Source: an uncultured Candidatus Saccharibacteria bacterium (GTDB taxonomy: Bacteria; Patescibacteriota; Minisyncoccia; Phycocordibacterales; UBA9973). From it: a stretch of DNA of 64,000 nt. The stretch covers positions 8,034 to 72,033 of the forward strand of contig CAYLQJ010000001.1 of assembly GCA_964385945.1 (NCBI GenBank). Reading direction: 5' to 3'. Both the position numbers and the translations under genes were made by a program. Of this stretch, positions 19,012 through 29,176 are shown one piece after another. Under the pieces are notes generated by a model that saw only the letters and a list, made by a program, of their open reading frames with translations, was not told the origin of the DNA and did no database searches. Numbering within the stretch: the stretch's first letter is position 1; each line of letters starts with the position of its first letter.

Positions 19012-20289
19012 TTATTTATCTTTTCTTTTTATAAATTCCATGCCTCCCATATAAGGACGCAATACTTCAGGGATTTTGATACTACCGTCTTCTTGCTGAT
19101 AGTTTTCGATTAATGATGCAGGTAAACGTGAAGTCGCACAAGCAGTATTGTTTAATGAATGCACAAAACGTAGCTTGCCGTCGTCGTCTCTATAACGAAT
19201 ATTTAAACGACGAGTTTGAAAATCATGAAAGTATGAAGAAGAATGAGTTTCACGATATTTATCTTGGGATGGCATCCAAGCTTCGATATCGTATTTCTTG
19301 ACTTGTCCAAGACCTAAGTCTCCTCCGCAGTTCACCACCACATGATAAGGTAAACGCAATTCTTGCATTAAATATTCTACGTGAGCCGTTATCTCTTCGT
19401 GCCATTTTACAGATTCAGCGTGACTAGCCTCAGTGAGAATAACTTGTTCTATTTTGAAAAATTCGTGTACTCGGATAATACCTTTGACGTCTTTGCCATG
19501 CTTGCCGGCTTCCGCTCGGAAACAAGGAGAGAAAGAGATAAACTTTTTAGGTAAATCTGACTTCTCTAGAGTTTCATTCATATGATAGCCCATAGTTGCA
19601 ACTTCGGCTGTACCAGCTAGGTATTCATTCTCACCTACTTTATATAAATCATCTTCTGATTGAGGTAGCATACCTGTACCTATTAGGGATTCTTTACGAA
19701 CCAGAGAAGGTACTATCATTGGAGTATAACCTTTTGATATAAAATAATTTAAAAAATATTGCCACAAAGCAAAGAAAAGCATAGCTCCTTCATTCTTCAT
19801 AAAATATCCGCGAAAACCAGAGACTTTCACTCCGCGTTCAAAATCTACCATATCTAAATCTTCAAGAAGTTTAATGTGATCTTTTGGTTCGAAAGTAAAT
19901 ACTGGCTTTTCTCCCCAAGTTCGAATCTCTACGTTGTCTTCGTCACTCGCTCCTTCAGGGACTGACATATCAGGAACGTTTGGTACATGAACCATAAGTT
20001 TCTGCCATTCTATCATCACCTCTTTTAATTTCTCTTCTCTATTTTTGATATCTTCTTTGACTAGACGCATCTCATCTATGAGTTGGATTTTTAAAGCTGG
20101 GTCTTGATCACGGACTATGTCATTAGAGACTCTATTAACCTCACTTCTGTATTCTTCTATTTCTTTCATGAGTTTTAACCTCTCATCGTCAAGAGTGATA
20201 AGTCTTTCAATATCAATATCTACGTGCTTTTTCTTAGCACCAGAGGCAACTATATCTTTATTTTCACGAATAAATTTTATATCTAGCAT
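19012..20289 (-). CDS. serS: seryl-tRNA synthetase
   Basis: MLDIKFIREN start, class II motifs (FRxE: SPCFRAEAG; motif 3 GLGQ...). The ORF track adds 19 spurious N-terminal residues. Confidence 0.9.
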   Translation of the reverse strand: MLDIKFIRENKDIVASGAKKKHVDIDIERLITLDDERLKLMKEIEEYRSEVNRVSNDIVRDQDPALKIQLIDEMRLVKEDIKNREEKLKEVMIEWQKLMVHVPNVPDMSVPEGASDEDNVEIRTWGEKPVFTFEPKDHIKLLEDLDMVDFERGVKVSGFRGYFMKNEGAMLFFALWQYFLNYFISKGYTPMIVPSLVRKESLIGTGMLPQSEDDLYKVGENEYLAGTAEVATMGYHMNETLEKSDLPKKFISFSPCFRAEAGKHGKDVKGIIRVHEFFKIEQVILTEASHAESVKWHEEITAHVEYLMQELRLPYHVVVNCGGDLGLGQVKKYDIEAWMPSQDKYRETHSSSYFHDFQTRRLNIRYRDDDGKLRFVHSLNNTACATSRLPASLIENYQQEDGSIKIPEVLRPYMGGMEFIKRKDK

Positions 20290-20453
20290 AAATATAGTAT
20301 ATAATATTGTTAAGAGAAAAACAAAATAATTTTTAATTTTTAACAAAATGGATCTCGTTAAGTATTTTAAATAACGGGTATAAATATATTAATATAATTA
20401 AAGAATGATTAACGTGTAATAGTATTGTAAGATAATCAAAAATATTTAACGGG

Positions 20454-21314
20454 ATGGAAATAAAAAAATTAGCAAAAGAATATTGGCCAATAGGACTAGA
20501 CGAAATCCCTCAACCTCCGGAGGAACTCTATATCTTGGGTGAATTCCCAGAGGAAGATCTCATATATCTCTGTGTCGTCGGTTCTCGCAAATTCACTTCT
20601 TATGGACGTGAAGTCTGTGAGAAGTTAATAGCTGGATTGAAAGGCTATCCGATAGCTATTGTTTCCGGCTTTGCTATCGGTATCGATACTATTGCTCACA
20701 AGAAAGCACTCGAGATAGGACTGAAGACTTTAGTCTTCCCGGGTTCCGGACTTGGTAAAGATGCAATCTACCCAAAAACTAATATTAAAATAATGGAAGA
20801 AGTTATAAATAAAGGAGGATGCTTTATTTCAGAATACGAACCTGACTTCAAAGCAACACAATGGTCTTTCCCAATGAGAAATAGACTTATGGCAGGGATA
20901 TCGAAAGCTGTGTTAGTAATAGAAGCTGAAGAGCGTTCAGGGACTATGATAACAGCTCGCCTCGCCACAGAATATAATAGAGACGTCTTGGCGATCCCAG
21001 GTCCGATATTCTCGCCGAATTCTAAAGGTACCAATAAACTTCTTCGTCTCGGAGCGACTCCAATCACGAACTCGCTCGAACTCTTAGAAGCATTAGGTTT
21101 TGAAACAGAACAAGATGAAAATATCCAACAGAAACTTTTTGAAGATTTATCAGAAGAAGAAAAGAAAGTTATAAAAATACTAAGAGAACCAAAATCTAGA
21201 GATGAATTAATAAATGAATTAAATATGCCAATACAAAAAGCAAATTCTTTACTCTCAGTGATGGAAATAAAAAATCTAATAAAAGAAGAAATGGGAGAAA
21301 TGAGATTAAAATAA
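20454..21314 (+). CDS. dprA: DNA processing protein DprA/Smf
   Basis: VVGSRKFTSYG, IVSGFAIGIDTIAHKKALE, C-terminal winged helix. Confidence 0.85.
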   Translation: MEIKKLAKEYWPIGLDEIPQPPEELYILGEFPEEDLIYLCVVGSRKFTSYGREVCEKLIAGLKGYPIAIVSGFAIGIDTIAHKKALEIGLKTLVFPGSGLGKDAIYPKTNIKIMEEVINKGGCFISEYEPDFKATQWSFPMRNRLMAGISKAVLVIEAEERSGTMITARLATEYNRDVLAIPGPIFSPNSKGTNKLLRLGATPITNSLELLEALGFETEQDENIQQKLFEDLSEEEKKVIKILREPKSRDELINELNMPIQKANSLLSVMEIKNLIKEEMGEMRLK

Positions 21315-21372
21315 AAATAGGCATCTTTTTTAAAAGACGCCTATTGTTAATGATTGAGTTAGGTTGCAAAAC

Positions 21373-21891
21373 TTAACTTTTTTTACGAATAATCCCATTT
21401 TTATCTCCTTCAAGGATAACGATTTTCTTCTTTAAAGCTTTTTGATCAAAAAACAATCTTGATCCTTCACCCGAAGTTAATTTATAAAATTTTTTTGGGC
21501 TTACTTTTTTTGAAGTGCTCATACTCGAGTACACAACACTATCTTGATGTTCTGACCAAAGACAAATCTGATAATACCCGTCGTCATTCAAACAATACAC
21601 AAAAAAGTTGTCTTTGTTGGAAATAATACCATCACCATCACCATCACCATCACCCAAAAAAACTTTTATCTCTTTTGGTGATGCTTCATTATAAACAACT
21701 CGACATCTTGTCTTTTTTTTGATTTTTAACACTTCAACAGCATTTTCACACTCAATCCCAATATTAGGATCAGAGAAAATGGGCGTATTTTCCGGTAAAA
21801 TTTTTATTGTATCGTAATTTAAGGGAACTAAATTACGACCACAAGAAATTAAAAGAACTAAAAAAAAGAAAAAGAAAATCTGATTTTTCAT
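21373..21891 (-). CDS. hypothetical lipoprotein with (Gly-Asp)4 repeat
   Basis: Lipobox LLISC; GDGDGDGDG encoded by a (CCATCA)4 microsatellite at 21629-21652. Confidence 0.4.
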   Translation of the reverse strand: MKNQIFFFFFLVLLISCGRNLVPLNYDTIKILPENTPIFSDPNIGIECENAVEVLKIKKKTRCRVVYNEASPKEIKVFLGDGDGDGDGIISNKDNFFVYCLNDDGYYQICLWSEHQDSVVYSSMSTSKKVSPKKFYKLTSGEGSRLFFDQKALKKKIVILEGDKNGIIRKKS

Positions 21892-21969
21892 TTTTAATAT
21901 TTTTGATGTTATTGGAACAATTTATCATAAAAATATTAACATATCTTAGTAATTTTGTCAAAAAAAGTA

Positions 21970-22455
21970 TTAGTCCTCTTCCTCCTTTTCGTTGTTAGAA
22001 TATTTGCCTGTATTAGTGTTTGATTTTTGAGTTGTTGTATTAACAGTATTTATTGTATTGATTGATTCAGAATTTACAGACTGACCAAGATCCCCAATAT
22101 AATAGTCTTTCAATAAATTCCAAGCAAAGTTCGAATGAATAGCGGAGAATACCGCTGAAGCTTCCCCTCCACATTCATCTACTATCTTTTTCACTCCTCC
22201 CGGATGAGCATCAATAAAAGAAGCGACACTATAAACAGAACCTTTTACAATAAGATAACAATCTTGTTTCGTATTGTGCTTGGCGATTTCTGCTAAATCC
22301 AAAGTCACTACAGGTAAAGACGGATTCGGGACTACTTTGATATTTTGGGTATTATTCACCGGACTATTAATAGTACCTACCGGCAAAAAAGCTAGAGATA
22401 CAATACCTCCAACAAAAATAATAAAAGATGCAAGTGTTAGATATTTTAATTTCAT
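21970..22455 (-). CDS. exported cytochrome b5-like heme-binding domain protein
   Basis: N-terminal signal/TM; CYLIVKGSVYSVASFIDAHPGG (HPGG heme-binding motif). Confidence 0.55.
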   Translation of the reverse strand: MKLKYLTLASFIIFVGGIVSLAFLPVGTINSPVNNTQNIKVVPNPSLPVVTLDLAEIAKHNTKQDCYLIVKGSVYSVASFIDAHPGGVKKIVDECGGEASAVFSAIHSNFAWNLLKDYYIGDLGQSVNSESINTINTVNTTTQKSNTNTGKYSNNEKEEED

Positions 22456-22468
22456 ATATTTTTTAATT

Positions 22469-23767
22469 TTATAGACTAAATTCTTCTGAATAAATAGAAC
22501 TTCCTGGAACGCCTTTTAAAGAGAATTGCTTCTTTAAAGCTCGAATCATAAATACTGGCGAGCAAATAAAAATACTTTTATTGTCGATAGAGCCAGATTT
22601 TTCTTTAATAATATCTGCATTGATGAAACCCATAGTATCAGAAAAATGAGGAATAATATTTACCTTGTCGTCTTTTAAAGCTAAAAGTTCTTCTAGATAA
22701 ACTGCTTCTTTAGAATTACGTACACAATAATACAAATCCACGTCATAGCCGTTTTCTTTCTGGATAGATTTCGCCATACTTAAAAATGGAGTGACGCCTA
22801 TGCCTCCGGCGATCCAGATTTGTTTCTTGGAGTTGGCAGTATTGTATGAAAACTTTCCGAAAGGTCCTTCTATATTTGCTATTGTGCCTACTTTTAGATT
22901 TTTGACCCTAGAGGTAAAGTCTCCGAGATTTTTAATTGTGAAAGAAATATTATTTTCTCCTTCTTTAGATGAAAGAGAAAATGGATGACTCTCCCGCCCC
23001 GTCTCGGCGCTATCAAAACTAATAAAAGCGTATTGCCCAGATTTAAAAGGAATCTTCTCTCCTTTTGTAGCTAGTATCACTTCAGTAATATTTTCTCCTA
23101 AATCTTTCACCTCATACACAGCGTATTTATATTTTTTAGTAGTATAAATTCCTAGAACGGTATGATAAATATATGAATAAATAGCTACAGCCGAAATAAA
23201 AAGCATATAGACACGAAGTGGCAAGAAACTAGAAGTATCACTCGGTATTAGAAATACATGAAGTCCGGCTAAGAAAAAAGCGATTCCCATGAATTTATGA
23301 GTCCATTTCCAAATATTATACTTAGGTCGGAAATATAAAGTTAGGAATATTAGAACGATCATTAGATAAACAGCTATGATTCCAAAATTATTAGCCCAAG
23401 TATAAGGACTAGGGGTCAAGAAAGAAATAGCTCGATCGAAAGACAAATCAGTATATTTATAAAGTAGTAGCAAAGGATGAAAAAGCATCATCATAAAAGC
23501 TATCTGCCCTATCTGATTGTGACGTTCGTAAACTTTATTTAATCCATAAAAGATATTTTCTAGAAAATGAAACCGAGCCGAGAGGATTAATGAAGTCGCA
23601 AATAAAGTCATACCTAAAATCCCGGCGACTTTCCCGAGCAGTAGAGTCGTATTGTAAGTAGTACTAAAATCAAAAACAAAACTTGGCGAAATAAACAATA
23701 AGACAAGAGCCACGAGTTGAATAATAAAGACAAAAATTATACCTAAATTGTATTTTATATTTTTCAT
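22469..23767 (-). CDS. NOX/ferric-reductase-like membrane flavocytochrome (FRD TM domain + FAD- and NAD-binding domains)
   Basis: Six-TM His-containing N-domain, HPFSLSS FAD motif, GGIGVTPFLSMAK NAD(P)H-binding motif. Confidence 0.65.
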   Translation of the reverse strand: MKNIKYNLGIIFVFIIQLVALVLLFISPSFVFDFSTTYNTTLLLGKVAGILGMTLFATSLILSARFHFLENIFYGLNKVYERHNQIGQIAFMMMLFHPLLLLYKYTDLSFDRAISFLTPSPYTWANNFGIIAVYLMIVLIFLTLYFRPKYNIWKWTHKFMGIAFFLAGLHVFLIPSDTSSFLPLRVYMLFISAVAIYSYIYHTVLGIYTTKKYKYAVYEVKDLGENITEVILATKGEKIPFKSGQYAFISFDSAETGRESHPFSLSSKEGENNISFTIKNLGDFTSRVKNLKVGTIANIEGPFGKFSYNTANSKKQIWIAGGIGVTPFLSMAKSIQKENGYDVDLYYCVRNSKEAVYLEELLALKDDKVNIIPHFSDTMGFINADIIKEKSGSIDNKSIFICSPVFMIRALKKQFSLKGVPGSSIYSEEFSL

Positions 23768-23830
23768 AATTTCTGAAATTATATCACAAAATTTGCCAAA
23801 AAAATATAATTCGTGTAATACTTAGGAATA

Positions 23831-26038
23831 ATGAAACTATTAATTGTAGAGTCACCAAGTAAAGCAAAGACCATCGAGAAGTATCTCGAAGGTGCTTTTA
23901 CTGTGCGTGCATCAGTCGGACATATACGAGATTTACCAAAATCGAACAAGCAAGCTATAGATATAGAAGGTGGATTTATTCCTCATTATGAGATCTCAAA
24001 AGGTAAAGAAAAAGTCGTTCACGAACTCCAAGACTTGGCTAAGAAAGCAACTCAGATATTACTCGCGACGGACCCCGACCGTGAAGGAGAAGCTATTGCT
24101 TGGCATATTGAAGAAATATTAAAACAGGACAAGAAAATCAAAGCTCCTATCAAGAGAGTGACTTTTCACGAAATCACAAAGAGAGCTGTTGAAGAAGCTC
24201 TCAAAGAACCTCGAGAAATAGATACAAATTTAAGAAAAGCTCAAGAAGCTCGTAGAGTGCTCGATAGACTCGTAGGATATGACCTCTCTGGAATAATCTG
24301 GAAAAAAGTACGTTATGGACTCTCGGCTGGACGGGTGCAATCTCCAGCACTCCGTATCATCATGGAACGCGAACGCGAGATTCGGGCTTTTATTCCGGAA
24401 AAATATTTTAGAATTTGGGGAGATTTCAAAACTATCAAGAAAGAAGATATTAGACTTGAATGCGTCGAAGAACCAAGAGATGAAAAATTAGTAGATAGAA
24501 TTCTAGAAATTGGTAACAAGGGTTCTTGGATAGTGGACGAAGTTAAAGAGAGTGAACAAAAAAGAGTCGCTCGTGCACCTTTCACAACTTCAAGCTTGCA
24601 ACAAACAGCTTCTTCCCGTCTCGGATATTCACCTTCCCGTACGATGCAACTCGCTCAGAAATTATACGAAGCAGGTCATATTACTTATATGCGTACCGAT
24701 AGTACAAATCTCTCGAAAGACTCTCAAGCTCAATTTTTAAAATTTATTCAAAAAGAATACGGCTCTGAATACGCCGAAGCTCATACTTATAAAACCAAAT
24801 CTAAAAACGCTCAAGAGGCTCACGAAGCTATACGTCCGACTCATGTCGAGGTGATGCATGCCGGTACCGAAGAGCAACAAAAACTCTACCGACTTATCTG
24901 GGAGAGAGCTGTATCAAGTCAGATGACTGATGCAAAATTACTGAAAACTAAAATCAAAGCCGTCATCGAAGGTCAACCTGATCTACCTGGTTTTGCTGCG
25001 AATGGATCTAGACTACTTTTCCCTGGATGGCTCAAAGTAGACTCTGGAGCGCGAGGTGAAGACGTAGAATTACCAATATGTAAAGTGGGTGAAAAATTGG
25101 AATTAATACAACTTGAAAAATTAGAGAAATTTACTGAACCACCTGGTAGATATAGTGAAGCTGGACTCGTAAAAGAACTAGAAGAACGCGGTATCGGGCG
25201 TCCGTCTACATACGCGTCCATCATGCGTACACTCGAGGATCGTGAATATGTAAAAAAAGAAGGCAAGACTTTATTCCCTACTGATACCGGTGAAGTTGTA
25301 TCTGATTTCCTAGAGACAAATTTTGCAGAATATATCTCAGATACTTTCACCGCCGAAATGGAAGACGAGCTTGATGAGATTTCTCGCGGAGAAAGAGAGT
25401 ATGTAAAAACTCTCAAGGATTTTTATGGACCATTCTTAAAAGATGTGAAGATTAAAGATAAACTCGAAAAAGCTACAAACTTAGGAGATGCACCGGAAGG
25501 TACAGTCTGTCCGAAATGTGGTAAAAAAATGATTATCAAACTTGCTCGCGCTGGTAAATTCTATTCTTGTAGTGACTATCCAGAATGTACAGGAGCTCTA
25601 ACTCTCGACGGTAAAGAGCTCGAAGGACCAAAAGAAATAGGCGAAATGTGCCCTGTCTGTGGTGAGAAAAAAGGTAAATCAGGTGGAGGCAAACTCGTCA
25701 TACGTGAGAGACGTGACGGTACAGGGACTTTTATTTCTTGTTCTCGTTATCCTAAATGTAAATTCGTAAAGCAAGATGAAGAAGAAGTGAAAAGAAAAAC
25801 TACCGACGTCCTCTGCCCTGTTTGTAAAAAGGCCAACATGATGGAACGTCGTGGTAGATTTGGAATTTTTTATTCTTGTGCGAATTATCCTGATTGTAAA
25901 AACGCTATCAAAGCGAAACCAACTGGCAATATCTGCCCTATGTGTCAAAGTCTAATGATGGAAGGCACAAAAACAATCCCAGAGAGATGCAGTAATAAGT
26001 TGTGTGTAAACCATAACCCGCATAAATTAATGAAGTAG
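23831..26038 (+). CDS. topA: DNA topoisomerase I with C-terminal zinc ribbons
   Basis: TOPRIM MKLLIVESPSKAKTIEKYLEG, active-site Tyr region, three or four CxxC...CxxC ribbons. Confidence 0.9.
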   Translation: MKLLIVESPSKAKTIEKYLEGAFTVRASVGHIRDLPKSNKQAIDIEGGFIPHYEISKGKEKVVHELQDLAKKATQILLATDPDREGEAIAWHIEEILKQDKKIKAPIKRVTFHEITKRAVEEALKEPREIDTNLRKAQEARRVLDRLVGYDLSGIIWKKVRYGLSAGRVQSPALRIIMEREREIRAFIPEKYFRIWGDFKTIKKEDIRLECVEEPRDEKLVDRILEIGNKGSWIVDEVKESEQKRVARAPFTTSSLQQTASSRLGYSPSRTMQLAQKLYEAGHITYMRTDSTNLSKDSQAQFLKFIQKEYGSEYAEAHTYKTKSKNAQEAHEAIRPTHVEVMHAGTEEQQKLYRLIWERAVSSQMTDAKLLKTKIKAVIEGQPDLPGFAANGSRLLFPGWLKVDSGARGEDVELPICKVGEKLELIQLEKLEKFTEPPGRYSEAGLVKELEERGIGRPSTYASIMRTLEDREYVKKEGKTLFPTDTGEVVSDFLETNFAEYISDTFTAEMEDELDEISRGEREYVKTLKDFYGPFLKDVKIKDKLEKATNLGDAPEGTVCPKCGKKMIIKLARAGKFYSCSDYPECTGALTLDGKELEGPKEIGEMCPVCGEKKGKSGGGKLVIRERRDGTGTFISCSRYPKCKFVKQDEEEVKRKTTDVLCPVCKKANMMERRGRFGIFYSCANYPDCKNAIKAKPTGNICPMCQSLMMEGTKTIPERCSNKLCVNHNPHKLMK

Positions 26039-26045
26039 TTTTGAA

Positions 26046-26080
26046 GCATTTAGCCTTCGCTAAATGCGAAATAGGTTTTT
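26046..26080 (+). terminator. possible terminator hairpin after topA
   Basis: GCATTTAGC-CTTC-GCTAAATGC followed by a delayed T-run. Confidence 0.35.
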
Positions 26081-26228
26081 GTGAAGCGGAGCTATATTTT
26101 TTCAGCAGAAAAAATAGCGAGCTTGGGTCGCGAAAAATTCGAGCGACGGCGAGAATTTATTTGTGACCAAAGACTATTCCAAAAACCATTTATTTGCTTT
26201 TATTTCTTAAAATAGTGATAATAAATAA

Positions 26229-27701
26229 ATGACAGATTACAAAGAAATCATAAAACTAATCGAAGGTGGTGTAAGTAAAAACGACGAAACTTTAATTGAA
26301 AAAGCTTACCATTTCGCTATGCGCGCTCACGAAGGTCAGAAAAGAATGAGTGGCGAACCATATTTTATTCATGTCTTTGAAACTGCAAAGATCCTCGCCC
26401 GTCTCGGTATGGACGCTAAGACAATCTCGGCTGGACTTATGCACGACGTCCTAGAAGATACAGAAATAACAGAAGAAGAAATGCAAAAAGAATTCGGAGA
26501 AGAAATAGTATTCTTAGTAAAAGGTGTTACCAAACTCGGAACTCTAAAATACAGAGGTCATGATAGGCACGTTGAAAGTCTCAGGAAATTCTTTGTAGCT
26601 ATGGCGAATGACTTGCGTGTGGTTATTATTAAATTCGCAGATAGATTGCACAATCTAAGAACTTTAGAACACGTACGCGAAGACAAGCGCGAACGTATTG
26701 CACTCGAATCTATTCAGATATATGCCCCACTTGCGAATCGTCTCGGTATGGGTAAATTAAAAAGCGAAATCGAGGAAGAAGCTTTCCCTTATGCATATCA
26801 AAAAGAATATAAAAAAGTAAATGACCTCCTAGAAGAAAGAAAAGAAGAATATCACGAAAATTTAGAACAAATAAAAAATGAACTAGAAAAAGATTTAAAA
26901 GACAACAATATAAATTTTAGTGAAATAAGTTATCGTGTAAAAACCAAGTACAGTCTCTGGAAGAAATTGGAACGCTACGATATGGACTTAGACAAGATTC
27001 ATGATATTGTCGCTATACGTGTAGTAGTAGAAAGTTTAGAAGATTGTTATCGTATATTAGGTATTATTCACTCTATCTGGAAACCGATGCTTGGCCGTAT
27101 TAAAGATTATATTTCTTTACCTAAACCCAACGGCTACAGATCTCTCCATACTACAGTCTTCACAGGTAAAACTGGTATCGCTGAGATACAGATAAGAACT
27201 AAAGAAATGCATGCCGAGGCAGCCTACGGTATCGCAGCTCACTTTGCTTACAAAGAAAATGGTAGTGAAAAAGCAGAAAATGATAAAGGTAAATTCGAAT
27301 GGGTAGAACAATTAAAAGAATTAAACTACAATCCTGACAAGCCTCAAACTTTTTTTGAAAATCTTAAAACCGACTTTTTTAATGACCGCATATTTATACT
27401 CACTCCTAAAGGAGACGTCGTTGATTTACCAGAAAATTCCAGCCCGATAGATTTCGCTTATGCTATCCACTCAGATATCGGAGATCATATCTCAGCAGTT
27501 CGTATCAACGGTAAAATGGTCCAGATATTCTCTACTCTAAAAAATGGAGATATCGTCGAGATAATAACTAAAAAAGATGCGAACCCTTCTCGAAAATGGT
27601 TAGAGCATGCTAAAACTAACATCGCTCGCAAACATATCAGATCTTATTTAGAGAATCACGATACCGGAATACTTTCAAGAATTAGAAATTTTGGACAATA
27701 A
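26229..27701 (+). CDS. RelA/SpoT-family (p)ppGpp synthetase/hydrolase, short form (HD + synthetase + TGS, no ACT)
   Basis: HD motif FIHVFET...HD, synthetase RxKxxxSxxxK-like region YRVKTKYSLWKK, TGS segment IFILTPKGDVVDLP. Confidence 0.85.
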   Translation: MTDYKEIIKLIEGGVSKNDETLIEKAYHFAMRAHEGQKRMSGEPYFIHVFETAKILARLGMDAKTISAGLMHDVLEDTEITEEEMQKEFGEEIVFLVKGVTKLGTLKYRGHDRHVESLRKFFVAMANDLRVVIIKFADRLHNLRTLEHVREDKRERIALESIQIYAPLANRLGMGKLKSEIEEEAFPYAYQKEYKKVNDLLEERKEEYHENLEQIKNELEKDLKDNNINFSEISYRVKTKYSLWKKLERYDMDLDKIHDIVAIRVVVESLEDCYRILGIIHSIWKPMLGRIKDYISLPKPNGYRSLHTTVFTGKTGIAEIQIRTKEMHAEAAYGIAAHFAYKENGSEKAENDKGKFEWVEQLKELNYNPDKPQTFFENLKTDFFNDRIFILTPKGDVVDLPENSSPIDFAYAIHSDIGDHISAVRINGKMVQIFSTLKNGDIVEIITKKDANPSRKWLEHAKTNIARKHIRSYLENHDTGILSRIRNFGQ

Positions 27702-27703
27702 AA

Positions 27704-27742
27704 AAAGAGGATGCGTAATGCATCCTCTTTTTTATTTTTACT
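27704..27742. terminator. bidirectional rho-independent terminator
   Basis: AGAGGATGC-GTAAT-GCATCCTCT then TTTTTTATTTTT, between convergent relA-like and parB genes. Confidence 0.7.
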
Positions 27743-28928
27743 AAACGCTGAAGTTAGAAATATTATATAAATCAGTGTTGTCTTCTTCAACTATCTCTTC
27801 TTTACTTCTATCATCAAGCAGTTCCTCTTCTTCTTGTGCAACTAGTTCTTGTTGCTGTTGTTCTTGAGACACTGGAGATATTGGAGGTACTGAAGGGATA
27901 TTATTTTCTATAGTATCGGGAATTGTATTTTCAGCTACAAGTACAGGCTCAGATGTAGGAGCGTTAATCTCTAAAGGTTGCTCGGCGACTACGTTAGTAA
28001 CAACTGGAGTAACTATCGGATTAGTAGCAACATTAGCATTTAAATTATTCAATTCTTTAGTCTTTTCGATATGATTATCAAGGAGAGCGTTGCTACTACC
28101 CGCCCCTGTTTTATTAATCAAATCTAGTATAGATCTCAAATCTTCAGTAGAGAAGAAATCTATTTTTATCTGACCACCGAGGTCTTTCCTGTCTATATGA
28201 ACCCGAGTACCGAGTTTGTCTTGGAATTCTTCTTCAAGTTCGGTAATCTCTGGGTCCGGCATAAATTCTTTCTTGCGAACTCGGTCATAAGCAATCTTAC
28301 GAGCCAATCTCTCGGCTTCACGAACTGTGATTTTCTTGTAGACAATCTCTTTAAATAATACGAGTTGCTCTTCAGGATGATCGGCGAGCATTAGTATCGG
28401 ACGAGTATGACCTTCGCTTATTTTTCCTTCGGATAAAGCGTTCAATACTTCTTCAGGTAAAGATAGTATTCTCAAAGAGTTAGATACATATTCACGACTA
28501 CGGCCCATCTTCTTTGCAACTTCTGCATGAGTGAATTTAAATTCACTCACCAATCGGAAAAAGGCTCGCGCTCGGTCGACAGCATTCAAATCTTCACGTT
28601 GCAAGTTCTCAAGAATAGCGAGCTCGAGTTTCATCAATGAACTATCTCCCACACGGATGATGACTGGGACTTGTAAAACTTGAGCAATCTTAGAAGCGCG
28701 TAGACGTCTCTCTCCAGCAATAAGTTCGTATTCAGTTACGAGTCCACCATCTGCTTTTTCTTTCTCTACACGAGATACAGTCAAAGGTTGGAGCACACCG
28801 TATTGCTTTATAGAGTCTGCTAATTCTAAAAGTCTCGCTTCGTCGAATTCACGACGAGGTTGATAAGGGTTAGGTTTGATTTTATCTGTTTCGATCCAGA
28901 AAATTGAATTGGAATATAAATTAGACAT
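27741..28928 (-). CDS. parB: ParB/Spo0J-like partition protein with long low-complexity C-terminal tail
   Basis: ParB N-domain QPRREFDE...LIAGERRLRASK and an HTH; ~110 aa of P/T/V/E-rich C-terminal extension. Confidence 0.8.
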   Translation of the reverse strand: MSNLYSNSIFWIETDKIKPNPYQPRREFDEARLLELADSIKQYGVLQPLTVSRVEKEKADGGLVTEYELIAGERRLRASKIAQVLQVPVIIRVGDSSLMKLELAILENLQREDLNAVDRARAFFRLVSEFKFTHAEVAKKMGRSREYVSNSLRILSLPEEVLNALSEGKISEGHTRPILMLADHPEEQLVLFKEIVYKKITVREAERLARKIAYDRVRKKEFMPDPEITELEEEFQDKLGTRVHIDRKDLGGQIKIDFFSTEDLRSILDLINKTGAGSSNALLDNHIEKTKELNNLNANVATNPIVTPVVTNVVAEQPLEINAPTSEPVLVAENTIPDTIENNIPSVPPISPVSQEQQQQELVAQEEEELLDDRSKEEIVEEDNTDLYNISNFSV

Positions 28929-29033
28929 AGATTGATTTTAACATAAATATTATATTTTTTATAATATAGCAATCTGTGAATAAAAAGTGTAAAAGTTGAA
29001 TAAATAAGTAAAAAATAGTATTATAAACTAATT

Positions 29034-29115
29034 GCCGGAGTGGCGGAATTGGTAGACGCGCACGACTCAAAATCGTGTATCGCAAGGTGTGAGAGTTCGA
29101 TTCTCTCCTCCGGCA
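29034..29115 (+). tRNA. tRNA-Leu (anticodon CAA), long variable arm
   Basis: Acceptor GCCGGAG/CTCCGGC, anticodon stem CACGA/TCGTG with loop CTCAAAA, 13-nt variable arm, T-arm GAGAG-TTCGATT-CTCTC. Confidence 0.75.
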
Positions 29116-29176
29116 CAAAATAATTATCCACAGTTATATATTTACAATATATCATATATGATATATTCTTTATTAT

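Noticed and set aside
28921-29118. 65-aa minus-strand ORF
   Set aside because: It overlaps the tRNA-Leu gene on the opposite strand.
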